Notes: generated by a model from the letters alone, not told the origin. A stretch of DNA of 64,000 bases from Fidelibacterota bacterium (GCA_028101095.1 JAOHKG010000002.1:7916-71915); one strand, 5' to 3'. Counted from the stretch's first letter, positions 47,711 through 55,920 are shown. A program made the numbers and translations.

Positions 47711-48408
47711 TGAATGTATTAATTATTGGTGCTTCTGGTGGCATTGGAACTGTACTAGTTGATGACTTAGTAGACCTTTCCTTCAATCTCCTCCTTGGTT
47801 ACCGGTCAAATAAGCCGGTAATCAAATCTACTGAGTCACAGCTAGTCAATGCTGAAAGTTTTCAAGACGTCCACAATTTCGTTCAGAGTGGATTAGAAAA
47901 ATTTGGTAGGGTTGACGCAATTGTTAACTTGCCTGGAAATTTAATATTAAAACCCGCGCACCTCTGTTCAGAAGAAGAATTTTATGATACGGTCAATAAA
48001 AATTTGAAATCAGCTTTTGCTGTTGTGAGAGCTGCTGGGTCCCTCTTGAAAGACTGTTCAGTAGTTTTATTATCTACCGCTGCAACAAATATAGGTTTAG
48101 CGAATCATGAACTAATATCGAGTGCGAAAGCCGGAGTAGAAGGCCTAGCTAAATCTGCTGCAAAAACTTACGCACGCAAAAATCTTAGGTTTAATTGTGT
48201 AGCTCCGGGTTTAGTAGACACTCCGCTGTCTTCTAGAATTACAAGTAATCCCATCGCACTCAAATCAAGTCAAAAAATGCATGCTCTTGGTAGGATAGGT
48301 AAACCTAGTCATGTAAGCAACATGATAAAATTTTTAATTAAATCCGAAAATGATTGGATAACAGGCCAGAACTTCGTTGTTGATGGTGGATTATCTTCTA
48401 CAAAATAA
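47710..48408 (+). CDS. Short-chain dehydrogenase/reductase family protein (divergent)
   Basis: VLIIGASGGIG cofactor motif and NCVAPGLVDTP. The YxxxK position reads ISSAK. Confidence 0.7.
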   Translation: MNVLIIGASGGIGTVLVDDLVDLSFNLLLGYRSNKPVIKSTESQLVNAESFQDVHNFVQSGLEKFGRVDAIVNLPGNLILKPAHLCSEEEFYDTVNKNLKSAFAVVRAAGSLLKDCSVVLLSTAATNIGLANHELISSAKAGVEGLAKSAAKTYARKNLRFNCVAPGLVDTPLSSRITSNPIALKSSQKMHALGRIGKPSHVSNMIKFLIKSENDWITGQNFVVDGGLSSTK

Positions 48409-48426
48409 TAAGTAAAGGAAAATAAG

Positions 48427-48750
48427 ATGAAAAAAGTAGCACTAAGAAAGAACAGGTTTGAAAAGTCAGAGTTCAAAGAGACCGAATGGACAAAAAAGTC
48501 TAAAAATCTGGGTGAATATGTATTTAGAAGAATTTCACTTGACCAGTCAGACAAATCTCTGCAGGAAGTAAGACCAAGACATATACTAAGCAAGCTCATA
48601 ATTGGCAGTGGTGAAATACAGAATTACGTTTGTGACTACCTTGCAATGGTTGAGCAACAAACTGCGGGAAGTGCTAACTATTTAAATATGGATAATGCAC
48701 CAAAAGATTTCAAAAATCTCCAAAAGAGTATAGTTGTTCCACTTTCATAG
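48427..48750 (+). CDS. Hypothetical protein
   Basis: 107-aa ORF with an AAGGAAAATAAG ATG context. No motif recognised. Confidence 0.4.
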   Translation: MKKVALRKNRFEKSEFKETEWTKKSKNLGEYVFRRISLDQSDKSLQEVRPRHILSKLIIGSGEIQNYVCDYLAMVEQQTAGSANYLNMDNAPKDFKNLQKSIVVPLS

Positions 48751-49352
48751 TGAACATTAATTCATTCTATCACAATTACATCAAAAGGTATATTATGTTA
48801 GCCTCTATAGCCACTATGGCTTCAGGTGCGGTCTCACTTTTATTTTCTAAAAGTACTATTGTTGCTGAACCAGGGAAAATATCACAAGCCTCATTTTATG
48901 ATATAGATATTGAGTTAAATAACGGAGAAAATTTTTCTCTAAGCAATTTAAAAGGGAAAAAAATAATGATAGTTAATGTTGCCTCGAAGTGTGGTTTTAC
49001 GTCACAATATTCAAAGCTCCAAGAGCTATACAAAAAAATGGATGGTGAACTTGAAATTATAGCAATACCTTGTAATGATTTTGGAAGACAAGAGCCTGGA
49101 TCTGCCGAGCAAATTAAAACTTTCTGTGACCTAAACTATAATATAACATTTCCAATTGCTGCAAAACAAAGTACGAGAGCAGACAGTCAGTTGTATGATT
49201 GGCTTTCAAAACCTTCAAAAAATGGTTGGAATGATAAACTACCTTCTTGGAATTTTTGTAAGTATCTCATTGACGAAAAAGGTGAGCTCACACATTTTTT
49301 CAAGAGCAGTGTCAGCCCTTCAGGAAAAGAAATTTTATCAGCATTAAAATAA
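48750..49352 (+). CDS. Glutathione peroxidase family protein (Cys type)
   Basis: VNVASKCGFT with a TGT Cys codon, and a WNFCKYLI motif. The true start may be the internal ATG at 48795. Confidence 0.85.
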   Translation: MNINSFYHNYIKRYIMLASIATMASGAVSLLFSKSTIVAEPGKISQASFYDIDIELNNGENFSLSNLKGKKIMIVNVASKCGFTSQYSKLQELYKKMDGELEIIAIPCNDFGRQEPGSAEQIKTFCDLNYNITFPIAAKQSTRADSQLYDWLSKPSKNGWNDKLPSWNFCKYLIDEKGELTHFFKSSVSPSGKEILSALK

Positions 49353-49376
49353 ATTAATTCTTATTATAGATAAATA

Positions 49377-49508
49377 TTGAAAAAGCAGTTCCTTCCAGAA
49401 AAAAAATGCCCAGTTTGTGGCTTTAATTTTACTTGGAGAAAGAAATGGAAACTGAATTGGGAATCAGTTAGATATTGTAGTAAAAAGTGTAGTTCAAATA
49501 GAAATTAA
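49377..49508 (+). CDS. DUF2256-like zinc-ribbon mini-protein (not in the ORF track)
   Basis: TTG start, 43 aa: (M)[42 protein letters not shown]. CxxC...CxxxC with an RKKW motif. Sits 8 nt upstream of the cryptochrome/photolyase-family gene. Confidence 0.55.
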   Translation: MKKQFLPEKKCPVCGFNFTWRKKWKLNWESVRYCSKKCSSNRN

Positions 49509-49516
49509 ATTTTACA

Positions 49517-51001
49517 ATGAAATTTACTTTAATCTATCCAAATCAATTATTCTATAATCACCCTGCTATTAGCAAAAATCAGCAAATTGTTCTAGTTGAA
49601 GATCCTCTTTTTTTTGGAGATACTCAATATCCTCTTAAGTTTCATAAAAAAAAAATAGTGCTTCATCTCGCTTCGATTGAATCGTTTAAAAAAGAATTAA
49701 TTGATAGAGGCTATAGTGTAATAAAATATAATTATTCTGATTTAATTGAGAAAAATCACAACATAAAATTATTAAAATCTCTGAAAGCAACAGAGATCTC
49801 CCTAGCCAGAGTAGTGGACTATACCCTAGAAAAAAGACTAGTCAAAGCAGCAAAATATCTCAAGATTAAAATTAATTGGTTTGAAACTCCAGGCTTTTTT
49901 CTAAATGCTGAAGAAGTAGTCGAAAATTTTGGTAAGAAGAAAAAATACTTAATGAACAGTTTCTATATCAATCAACGTAAAAAACTAAATATTTTACTAG
50001 ACGATAATTATAATCCAATTGGAGGAAAGTGGAGTTTTGATTTAGAAAATAGAAAAAAGCTTCCAAAGAATATTGTTATTCCAAAAATATCACAAATCTG
50101 TTACAAAAAAAATGAAATTGAAAAATCTATCAAAACTGTAGAAGATATTTTTTCTTCAAACTTAGGTACTGTAAAGAATTTTAACTTTCCAATTTCTAGG
50201 TTACAAGCTCAAAAATCATTTAGAGAATTTTTAGAAAAGAGGCTTCATTTATTCGGCGTGTATGAAGATGCCATCGCAAAAGAAAATAATTTTGTTTTTC
50301 ATAGTATTATTACCCCGTACTTAAATATTGGCTTGATTACTCCAGATGAAATAGTTAGTGAAACTTTAGAATATGCGAATCAAAACGAAATTCCTTTGAA
50401 CTCTTTGGAAGGTTTTATACGTCAAATTATTGGTTGGAGAGAATTTATAAGAGGTATTTACACTACAGATGGAGTAAGACAACGTAACGGTAATTTTTGG
50501 AAATTTAATAGAGAAATTCCCAATGCTTTTTATACTGGAGATACAGGGCTCGATCCTCTGGATAATACTATTAAACATTGCCTTGAAAGTGGATATACAC
50601 ATCATATAGAAAGACTTATGATATTAGGTAACATTATGGTTTTGTTGGGGATTAAGCCGGAATCAGTCTACAATTGGTTTATGGAGATTTTCATTGATTC
50701 TTATGACTGGGTAATGGTTCCCAATATATTTGGTATGAGCCAATACGCAGATGGAGGGCTCATGTCTACTAAGCCGTATATTAGCGGAAGTAATTATATT
50801 TTAAAAATGAGTAACTATAAAAAAGGTGAATGGAGTGAAACATGGGATGCTTTATACTGGAATTTTATTAATAAGAACAGAGAGTTTTTCAAAAAAAATC
50901 CGCGAATGAGCATGATGGTTTCTATGTATGATAGGCAAAAACTAGATAAAAAAAATCGAGATGCTTATATCGTAAAAACTTTTATAAATTCACTTTTCTA
51001 G
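49517..51001 (+). CDS. Cryptochrome/photolyase-family protein (COG3046 / CryPro-FeS-BCP-related)
   Basis: 494 aa. GWREFIRGIY, GYTHHIERLMILGN and STKPYISGSNYILKMSNY are typical of the photolyase-related COG3046 group. Confidence 0.8.
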   Translation: MKFTLIYPNQLFYNHPAISKNQQIVLVEDPLFFGDTQYPLKFHKKKIVLHLASIESFKKELIDRGYSVIKYNYSDLIEKNHNIKLLKSLKATEISLARVVDYTLEKRLVKAAKYLKIKINWFETPGFFLNAEEVVENFGKKKKYLMNSFYINQRKKLNILLDDNYNPIGGKWSFDLENRKKLPKNIVIPKISQICYKKNEIEKSIKTVEDIFSSNLGTVKNFNFPISRLQAQKSFREFLEKRLHLFGVYEDAIAKENNFVFHSIITPYLNIGLITPDEIVSETLEYANQNEIPLNSLEGFIRQIIGWREFIRGIYTTDGVRQRNGNFWKFNREIPNAFYTGDTGLDPLDNTIKHCLESGYTHHIERLMILGNIMVLLGIKPESVYNWFMEIFIDSYDWVMVPNIFGMSQYADGGLMSTKPYISGSNYILKMSNYKKGEWSETWDALYWNFINKNREFFKKNPRMSMMVSMYDRQKLDKKNRDAYIVKTFINSLF

Positions 51002-51051
51002 AGTTGATATCAAAGAATTTCTATGAATAGATTTTCGTCACCTACAACAAG

Positions 51052-51069
51052 AAAGTTCAAAACGCTCAT
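51052..51069 (+). promoter_or_regulatory. Tandem 9-bp direct repeat (site D, one degenerate copy) upstream of the regulator gene
   Basis: AAAGTTCAA AACGCTCAT, followed by TTGCAT (51071-51076) and the ATG at 51112. Confidence 0.4.
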
Positions 51070-51111
51070 TTTGCATTTTAATTATAATTATTTTATACGT
51101 ATATTTATATA

Positions 51112-52008
51112 ATGAGATATCTTAATTCAAATGATGTTGCCGAAATCCTCGGAGTAAATATATCCACACTAAAAAGATGGACTGAAAACAAAACTATTCA
51201 GTGCACTAAAACTGCTGGAGGTCATAGAAAATTCACAATGCAGCATATTAGAGATTTTTATAAGTCAAATAAAGATTCTTCTAAAAATCTTGGTCTTGGT
51301 CTAGAAAAACTCAAGCATAAAAGAATTTATGATTTAATAAATAGGGCTAAATATAAAGATTTATCAGAAATATTAGCGGATTCAAGCATTGAGTCCGATG
51401 AGTTAAGTGTCAATACCATCATTAATGGGCTCTTTATGAAAGGAGTTGCTGTCGAAATTATATGCGATGAAATTGTAGAACCCGGTAGTATAATTGTTGA
51501 AAATGCCCTTAGGAATGATTATTTAAGTCATGCAGAAGCCTTTATTAGTAGAAAACTAATTACTCGAAGTGTAGAAATTTTGAATATTAGCAAACCAAAT
51601 AACACAGATAATACTCGTTCTGTATTATGTATTAACTTCGAAGACAACCTTCCTGATTTAGGTGTAGTTATGTCGGAAGCCGTTCTCCGGCATTCTGGAT
51701 TTAATGTTTTTAATACTGGTTCCCATGCTGAATTAGGAAATTTAGAAAAAGTAGTAGAGAATAAATCAATAGATTTAATTCTATTTTATTTGTGTAACAT
51801 GCAATGTTGCATGGCGACCGTTGAGCAAAATATGAGTAAAACTGAAGATCAAATCCTTAATATATTCTCACTTGTTAATAGTATGAAAAACACCAAAGTT
51901 ATATTTGGAGGCTCAGGATTGAGTCTTATGCCAAGCCTTCATGGAAAAATCGATTTAACTTTTGATACTTTTTTAGATCTTAAGTCGCTAGTCAAGAGCG
52001 TTTCCTAG
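51112..52008 (+). CDS. MerR-type HTH regulator with a C-terminal cobalamin-binding-like domain (LitR/CarH architecture)
   Basis: N-terminus YLNSNDVAEILGVNISTLKRWTE...GGHRKF. C-terminal Rossmann-like VLCINFEDNLPDLGVVMSEAVL...IDLILF...VIFGGSG. Confidence 0.65.
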   Translation: MRYLNSNDVAEILGVNISTLKRWTENKTIQCTKTAGGHRKFTMQHIRDFYKSNKDSSKNLGLGLEKLKHKRIYDLINRAKYKDLSEILADSSIESDELSVNTIINGLFMKGVAVEIICDEIVEPGSIIVENALRNDYLSHAEAFISRKLITRSVEILNISKPNNTDNTRSVLCINFEDNLPDLGVVMSEAVLRHSGFNVFNTGSHAELGNLEKVVENKSIDLILFYLCNMQCCMATVEQNMSKTEDQILNIFSLVNSMKNTKVIFGGSGLSLMPSLHGKIDLTFDTFLDLKSLVKSVS

Positions 52009-52027
52009 AAAACTTTATTATCTATTT

Positions 52028-53359
52028 TTGAGCAGGATTAGATTACTTAAAAGTGGCCAGCACTCGGGGCAAGCAGTCTTATACTGGATGGTCCGAGATA
52101 AAAGAGCCTCGGATAATCATGCTTTAATCACTGCCCAAAAAATAGCACTGAAAAATAAAGCCTCGTTAATTGTATGTTTCCAGTATGTAGGTGAATTTAA
52201 AAAAGCAAATCTAAGACAATATGAATTCTTATTTAAAGGTCTAGAGGAGACTTCTAATAATCTATCTAATTTGAATATAGACTTTCATTTATTGCAAGGA
52301 GCTGCAGAAGATGTAATTCCAAAAATAATAAACCAACTGTCTGTTGGCTCCATAGTTACAGATTACAGTCCTCTTAAAGTTTATAAAAAACGGTTAAAAA
52401 AAGTACTTGATAAAATTACTATTCCTATATGTCAAGTAGACTCCCATAATATTGTTCCAGTATGGGTTGCCTCTGAAAAAAAAGAGTTTGCAGCTCACAC
52501 AATCCGAAAAAAGATTCATAAAAGACTAGACGAATATTTGACAGATATACCAGAGTTAGTAACCCATCCTTATAATCCAAAAAATAAATCTGAACCTATT
52601 TCATGGTCTTCATTGTACAAAAATTTAACAATTGATTCCAAGATTACTTCAGTCAGTTGGATGCAACCAGGGGAAGAAAAAGCAAAAGAAAGGTTGAACT
52701 ACTTATTAAAGTCATTAAAGGATTACCATATAAATAGAAATAACCCAAATTTGAATGCACTAAGTAATTTAAGTCCATACTTTCATTTTGGGCATTTATC
52801 ACCACAAAAGGTTGCTTTCGAAATTAAAAGTTCTTCTCTACCTGAAGAAGATAAAAATGTATTCCTTGAAGAAATGATAATTCGAAGAGAATTAGCAGAT
52901 AACTTTTGTGAATATGAAAGTAAATATGATTTCTTCGAAGGGTTCCATCCTTGGGCTCAAAAAACATTGAATGAACACAGAAACGATGAAAGAGAGTATC
53001 TTTATCCGGCAGAGCAATTTGAGGAGGGCGAGACGCATGATCCTTTATGGAATGCAGCTCAACTCCAAATGGTTAAACTTGGTAAGATGCATGGTTATAT
53101 GAGGATGTACTGGGCAAAAAAAATATTAGAATGGACACCAAGCCCAGAAATTGCTATGCAAATAGCAATTGACCTCAATGATAAGTACGAATTAGATGGA
53201 AGAGATCCCAGCGGATACACTGGAATAGCATGGAGTATTGGAGGTATTCATGATAGAGCATGGTTTGAGAGACCTGTTTTTGGTAAAATACGATTTATGA
53301 ATTTTAATGGATGCAAATCAAAATTTAATGTAAAGCAATATATTGAAATGCATAGTTGA
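52028..53359 (+). CDS. phr: Class II CPD deoxyribodipyrimidine photolyase
   Basis: TTG start. VLYWMVRDKRASDNHAL, LSPYFHFGHLSPQ and MRMYWAKKILEW, as in class II enzymes. Confidence 0.85.
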   Translation: MSRIRLLKSGQHSGQAVLYWMVRDKRASDNHALITAQKIALKNKASLIVCFQYVGEFKKANLRQYEFLFKGLEETSNNLSNLNIDFHLLQGAAEDVIPKIINQLSVGSIVTDYSPLKVYKKRLKKVLDKITIPICQVDSHNIVPVWVASEKKEFAAHTIRKKIHKRLDEYLTDIPELVTHPYNPKNKSEPISWSSLYKNLTIDSKITSVSWMQPGEEKAKERLNYLLKSLKDYHINRNNPNLNALSNLSPYFHFGHLSPQKVAFEIKSSSLPEEDKNVFLEEMIIRRELADNFCEYESKYDFFEGFHPWAQKTLNEHRNDEREYLYPAEQFEEGETHDPLWNAAQLQMVKLGKMHGYMRMYWAKKILEWTPSPEIAMQIAIDLNDKYELDGRDPSGYTGIAWSIGGIHDRAWFERPVFGKIRFMNFNGCKSKFNVKQYIEMHS

Positions 53360-53394
53360 AGATTAGACTCCAATATAAAACATAACGGTTCATT

Positions 53395-53997
53395 GTGGAA
53401 AAAAAAGAAGACTCAATTAAATTTTGGGAGAATAAATACGCTCTTGATAATACAGGTTGGGATTTGAATGGTCCAACTCCTGTTTTTGATAATATTTCAA
53501 AAAATATAAAGAAAGGTAAAGTTTGTATTCTTGGATGTGGGCGTGGTTATGATGCTGTCATGTTTGCAGAAAGAGGTTTTTCTGTTACTGCAGTAGACTT
53601 TGCGCCTAGTGCTGTGGAAGCACTGAATAACTTAGTTAACAAGAAACCAAAAAATTTAACAGTACTCCAGAAAGATATATTTAGTCTTGAAAATAACTAT
53701 TTTGAATATTTTGATTATATAATAGAGCAAACTTGCTTCTGCGCAATACATCCAAAACGAAGACCTGACTATGCGAGGCTCGTTACTAATATTATTAAGA
53801 AAAATGGATACTTAATTGGTCTTTGGCTTCCTCTAAATAAAAAAATAAAAGAAGGAGGTCCCCCCTATGGAACCACAATTAAAGAGGTTAAAGCCCATTT
53901 TACTAAAAAGTGGATTGTTGATAGAGAAGAATTTTCTGAGTTCTCAATTCCTTCAAGAAAAAATAATGAAAAACTAATTATATTTAAGAAAATATGA
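53395..53997 (+). CDS. TPMT/HOL-type SAM-dependent methyltransferase
   Basis: GTG start. WENKYALDNTGWDLNGPTPVF then VCILGCGRGYDAVMFAERGFSVTAVDFAPSAV. Confidence 0.65.
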   Translation: MEKKEDSIKFWENKYALDNTGWDLNGPTPVFDNISKNIKKGKVCILGCGRGYDAVMFAERGFSVTAVDFAPSAVEALNNLVNKKPKNLTVLQKDIFSLENNYFEYFDYIIEQTCFCAIHPKRRPDYARLVTNIIKKNGYLIGLWLPLNKKIKEGGPPYGTTIKEVKAHFTKKWIVDREEFSEFSIPSRKNNEKLIIFKKI

Positions 53998-54022
53998 CCA
54001 ATAATTTTTCTTAATTTTATTT

Positions 54023-54799
54023 ATGAATCAGGATTTAATTTTAGCAAAAAAGGCTGCGATAGAAGCTGGAAAAGTAATTCTGAAATATTACAAAGCTGAT
54101 TATGATATTAAAGAAAAAAGTTATCATAATCCTGTAACTACTGCTGATCATGCTTCAGATAAAATACTTAAGTTAATATTAACGACTGAAAGACCTAATT
54201 ATGGTTGGCTTTCTGAAGAAACAGTTGACTCACCAGCGCGTCTTTCAAAAGAAAAAGTTTGGGTTGTTGATCCAATTGATGGAACAAAAGAATTTATTGA
54301 AGGAGTCCCTAATTTTGTAGTTAGTATAGGATTAGTCAAAAATGGGTACCCTATATTAGGTATTTTGTATAATCCGGTAACAAAAGAACTCTTTTCAGGA
54401 AGTTTAGCAGAGGGTGCTTATTTAAACGGAGATAGGATAAATTGTGTTGAAAAGTCTAAGCTCTCTGAAATGGTTATTCTTAATAGCCGTTCTGAAACAC
54501 GAAGAGGTCTCTGGGAACCATATAAAAATATTTTTAGTGATTTAAAAGCTGTTGGGTCTGTAGCTTATAAGTTAGGTTTAACCGCTGCGGGAAAATCTGA
54601 TATTTTTGCATCTTTAAGGCCCAAAAATGAATGGGATATATGCGCCGGCAATTGCATAATAAATGAAGCGAAAGGTAAACTTATTGATTTGCATGGTAAT
54701 ACTAGAGTCTATAACCAACCGAATACATTAATTACGCCAGGGCTTATTGCAGGTGAGATTTCATCCGTAGATAGAACATTAAAAGTACTGAAAGTATAA
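54023..54799 (+). CDS. Inositol monophosphatase / CysQ family phosphatase
   Basis: WLSEE, WVVDPIDGTKEF and WDICAG motifs. Confidence 0.85.
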   Translation: MNQDLILAKKAAIEAGKVILKYYKADYDIKEKSYHNPVTTADHASDKILKLILTTERPNYGWLSEETVDSPARLSKEKVWVVDPIDGTKEFIEGVPNFVVSIGLVKNGYPILGILYNPVTKELFSGSLAEGAYLNGDRINCVEKSKLSEMVILNSRSETRRGLWEPYKNIFSDLKAVGSVAYKLGLTAAGKSDIFASLRPKNEWDICAGNCIINEAKGKLIDLHGNTRVYNQPNTLITPGLIAGEISSVDRTLKVLKV

Positions 54800-54927
54800 C
54801 GATCTTAGCTTTCAATGCTATCAGAGAAATTGTAACATTAATTAAAAATAACCCTAATTTAGGACCATTATTATTACCTATTCTTAATAGTGTATTGATT
54901 TTTATTAAAATAAGATAGTGAGAAATC

Positions 54928-55887
54928 ATGTTAGATAATTCAGATAATTCGATTAAATGTTTAGATAACGGCTTTGTCAGGCTTGTTGATTCAATGGGTG
55001 GAGATGATGCAATTGTCCAAGCGGCAAGAGTAAGCTACGGAAAAGGAACAAGCAAAGTATCCCAAGATAGAGGCTTAATTAGATATTTAATGAGGCATAG
55101 GCATACTACCCCATTTGAGATGGTGGAGTTTAAATTTCATTGTAAGATGCCGATTTTTGTAGCCAGACAATGGGTTAGACATAGAACAGCGAACATAAAT
55201 GAGTACTCTCTAAGATATTCTGAGGCTAGAGATGATTTCTATATACCTAAAAAAGAACATATTCAATTCCAGAGTGCATTAAATAAACAAGGAAGAATGG
55301 GTGAAGTCTCAGATGAGTTAAAAAAGAAGGTTCAGTCTTATTTTGAAGAAATTTCTGACAGAAGTTTTGAAATATATTCGGAGTTAAACCAAGCTGGAGT
55401 TGCAAGGGAGTTAGCAAGAGCGGTTTTACCTGTAAATTTGTATACAGAATGGTACTGGAAAAATGATTTACATAATTTACTACATTTTGTAGGCCTTCGC
55501 TCTGATAGTCATGCTCAATATGAGATTCGAGTTTTTTCAGATGCTATGGCAGAGTCAATTAAAGCAGTTGCTCCATTCGCATGGGAAGCATACCAAGATT
55601 ATGCTGTGAAAGGCCTAAGGTTCTCAAGAATTGAACAGGGTATACTTGAACAAAATTTACCAAATAGAGTAATTGATGATATTGTTGGTGATGTGGATTA
55701 TCAAATTACTGCGACCCTCCATAGCAATAAACCTCGAAAAGAGGAAGATTTGTTTCCATTATACCAACAGCAAGGAGGAAAAGATACTGTTGAGGACTTT
55801 AATCTTAAATGGGAATCGGGTGAAATAAAAACAGGAAACGTCAGAGAATTACGTGAGTTTAAAGGAAAACTGACTTCTTTAAAGTGA
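54928..55887 (+). CDS. thyX: Flavin-dependent thymidylate synthase
   Basis: RHRHTTPFE and WVRHRTANINEYSLRYS (ThyX motif region). 319-aa long form. Confidence 0.88.
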   Translation: MLDNSDNSIKCLDNGFVRLVDSMGGDDAIVQAARVSYGKGTSKVSQDRGLIRYLMRHRHTTPFEMVEFKFHCKMPIFVARQWVRHRTANINEYSLRYSEARDDFYIPKKEHIQFQSALNKQGRMGEVSDELKKKVQSYFEEISDRSFEIYSELNQAGVARELARAVLPVNLYTEWYWKNDLHNLLHFVGLRSDSHAQYEIRVFSDAMAESIKAVAPFAWEAYQDYAVKGLRFSRIEQGILEQNLPNRVIDDIVGDVDYQITATLHSNKPRKEEDLFPLYQQQGGKDTVEDFNLKWESGEIKTGNVRELREFKGKLTSLK

Positions 55888-55920
55888 TATTCTAAAATAT
55901 AAAACATAACTAATAGATTT

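Noticed and set aside
47335-47786. Antisense ORFs 47335-47529 and 47445-47786. Other - strand track ORFs inside + strand genes include 3631, 5054, 6566, 8609, 11278, 11849, 13388, 13935, 15079, 16360, 16897, 25616, 26212, 30286, 30339, 31064, 31727, 32327, 34548, 37876, 40610, 43648, 48309, 50366, 54744, 55701, 59775 and 60000.
   Set aside because: Each lies opposite a gene with clear homology motifs. The + strand gene order is continuous and leaves no room for them.
48960-49000. Selenocysteine in the glutathione peroxidase active site.
   Set aside because: The catalytic residue is encoded by TGT (Cys) in VASKCGFT, not by an in-frame TGA.
54928-55887. ThyX is about 80-100 aa longer than the minimal ThyX and reads RHRTAN instead of RHRxxS.
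   Set aside because: This looks like the known long-form ThyX clade, which as I recall has RHRTA-x-NEYS-x-RYS. I cannot show anything beyond family variation.
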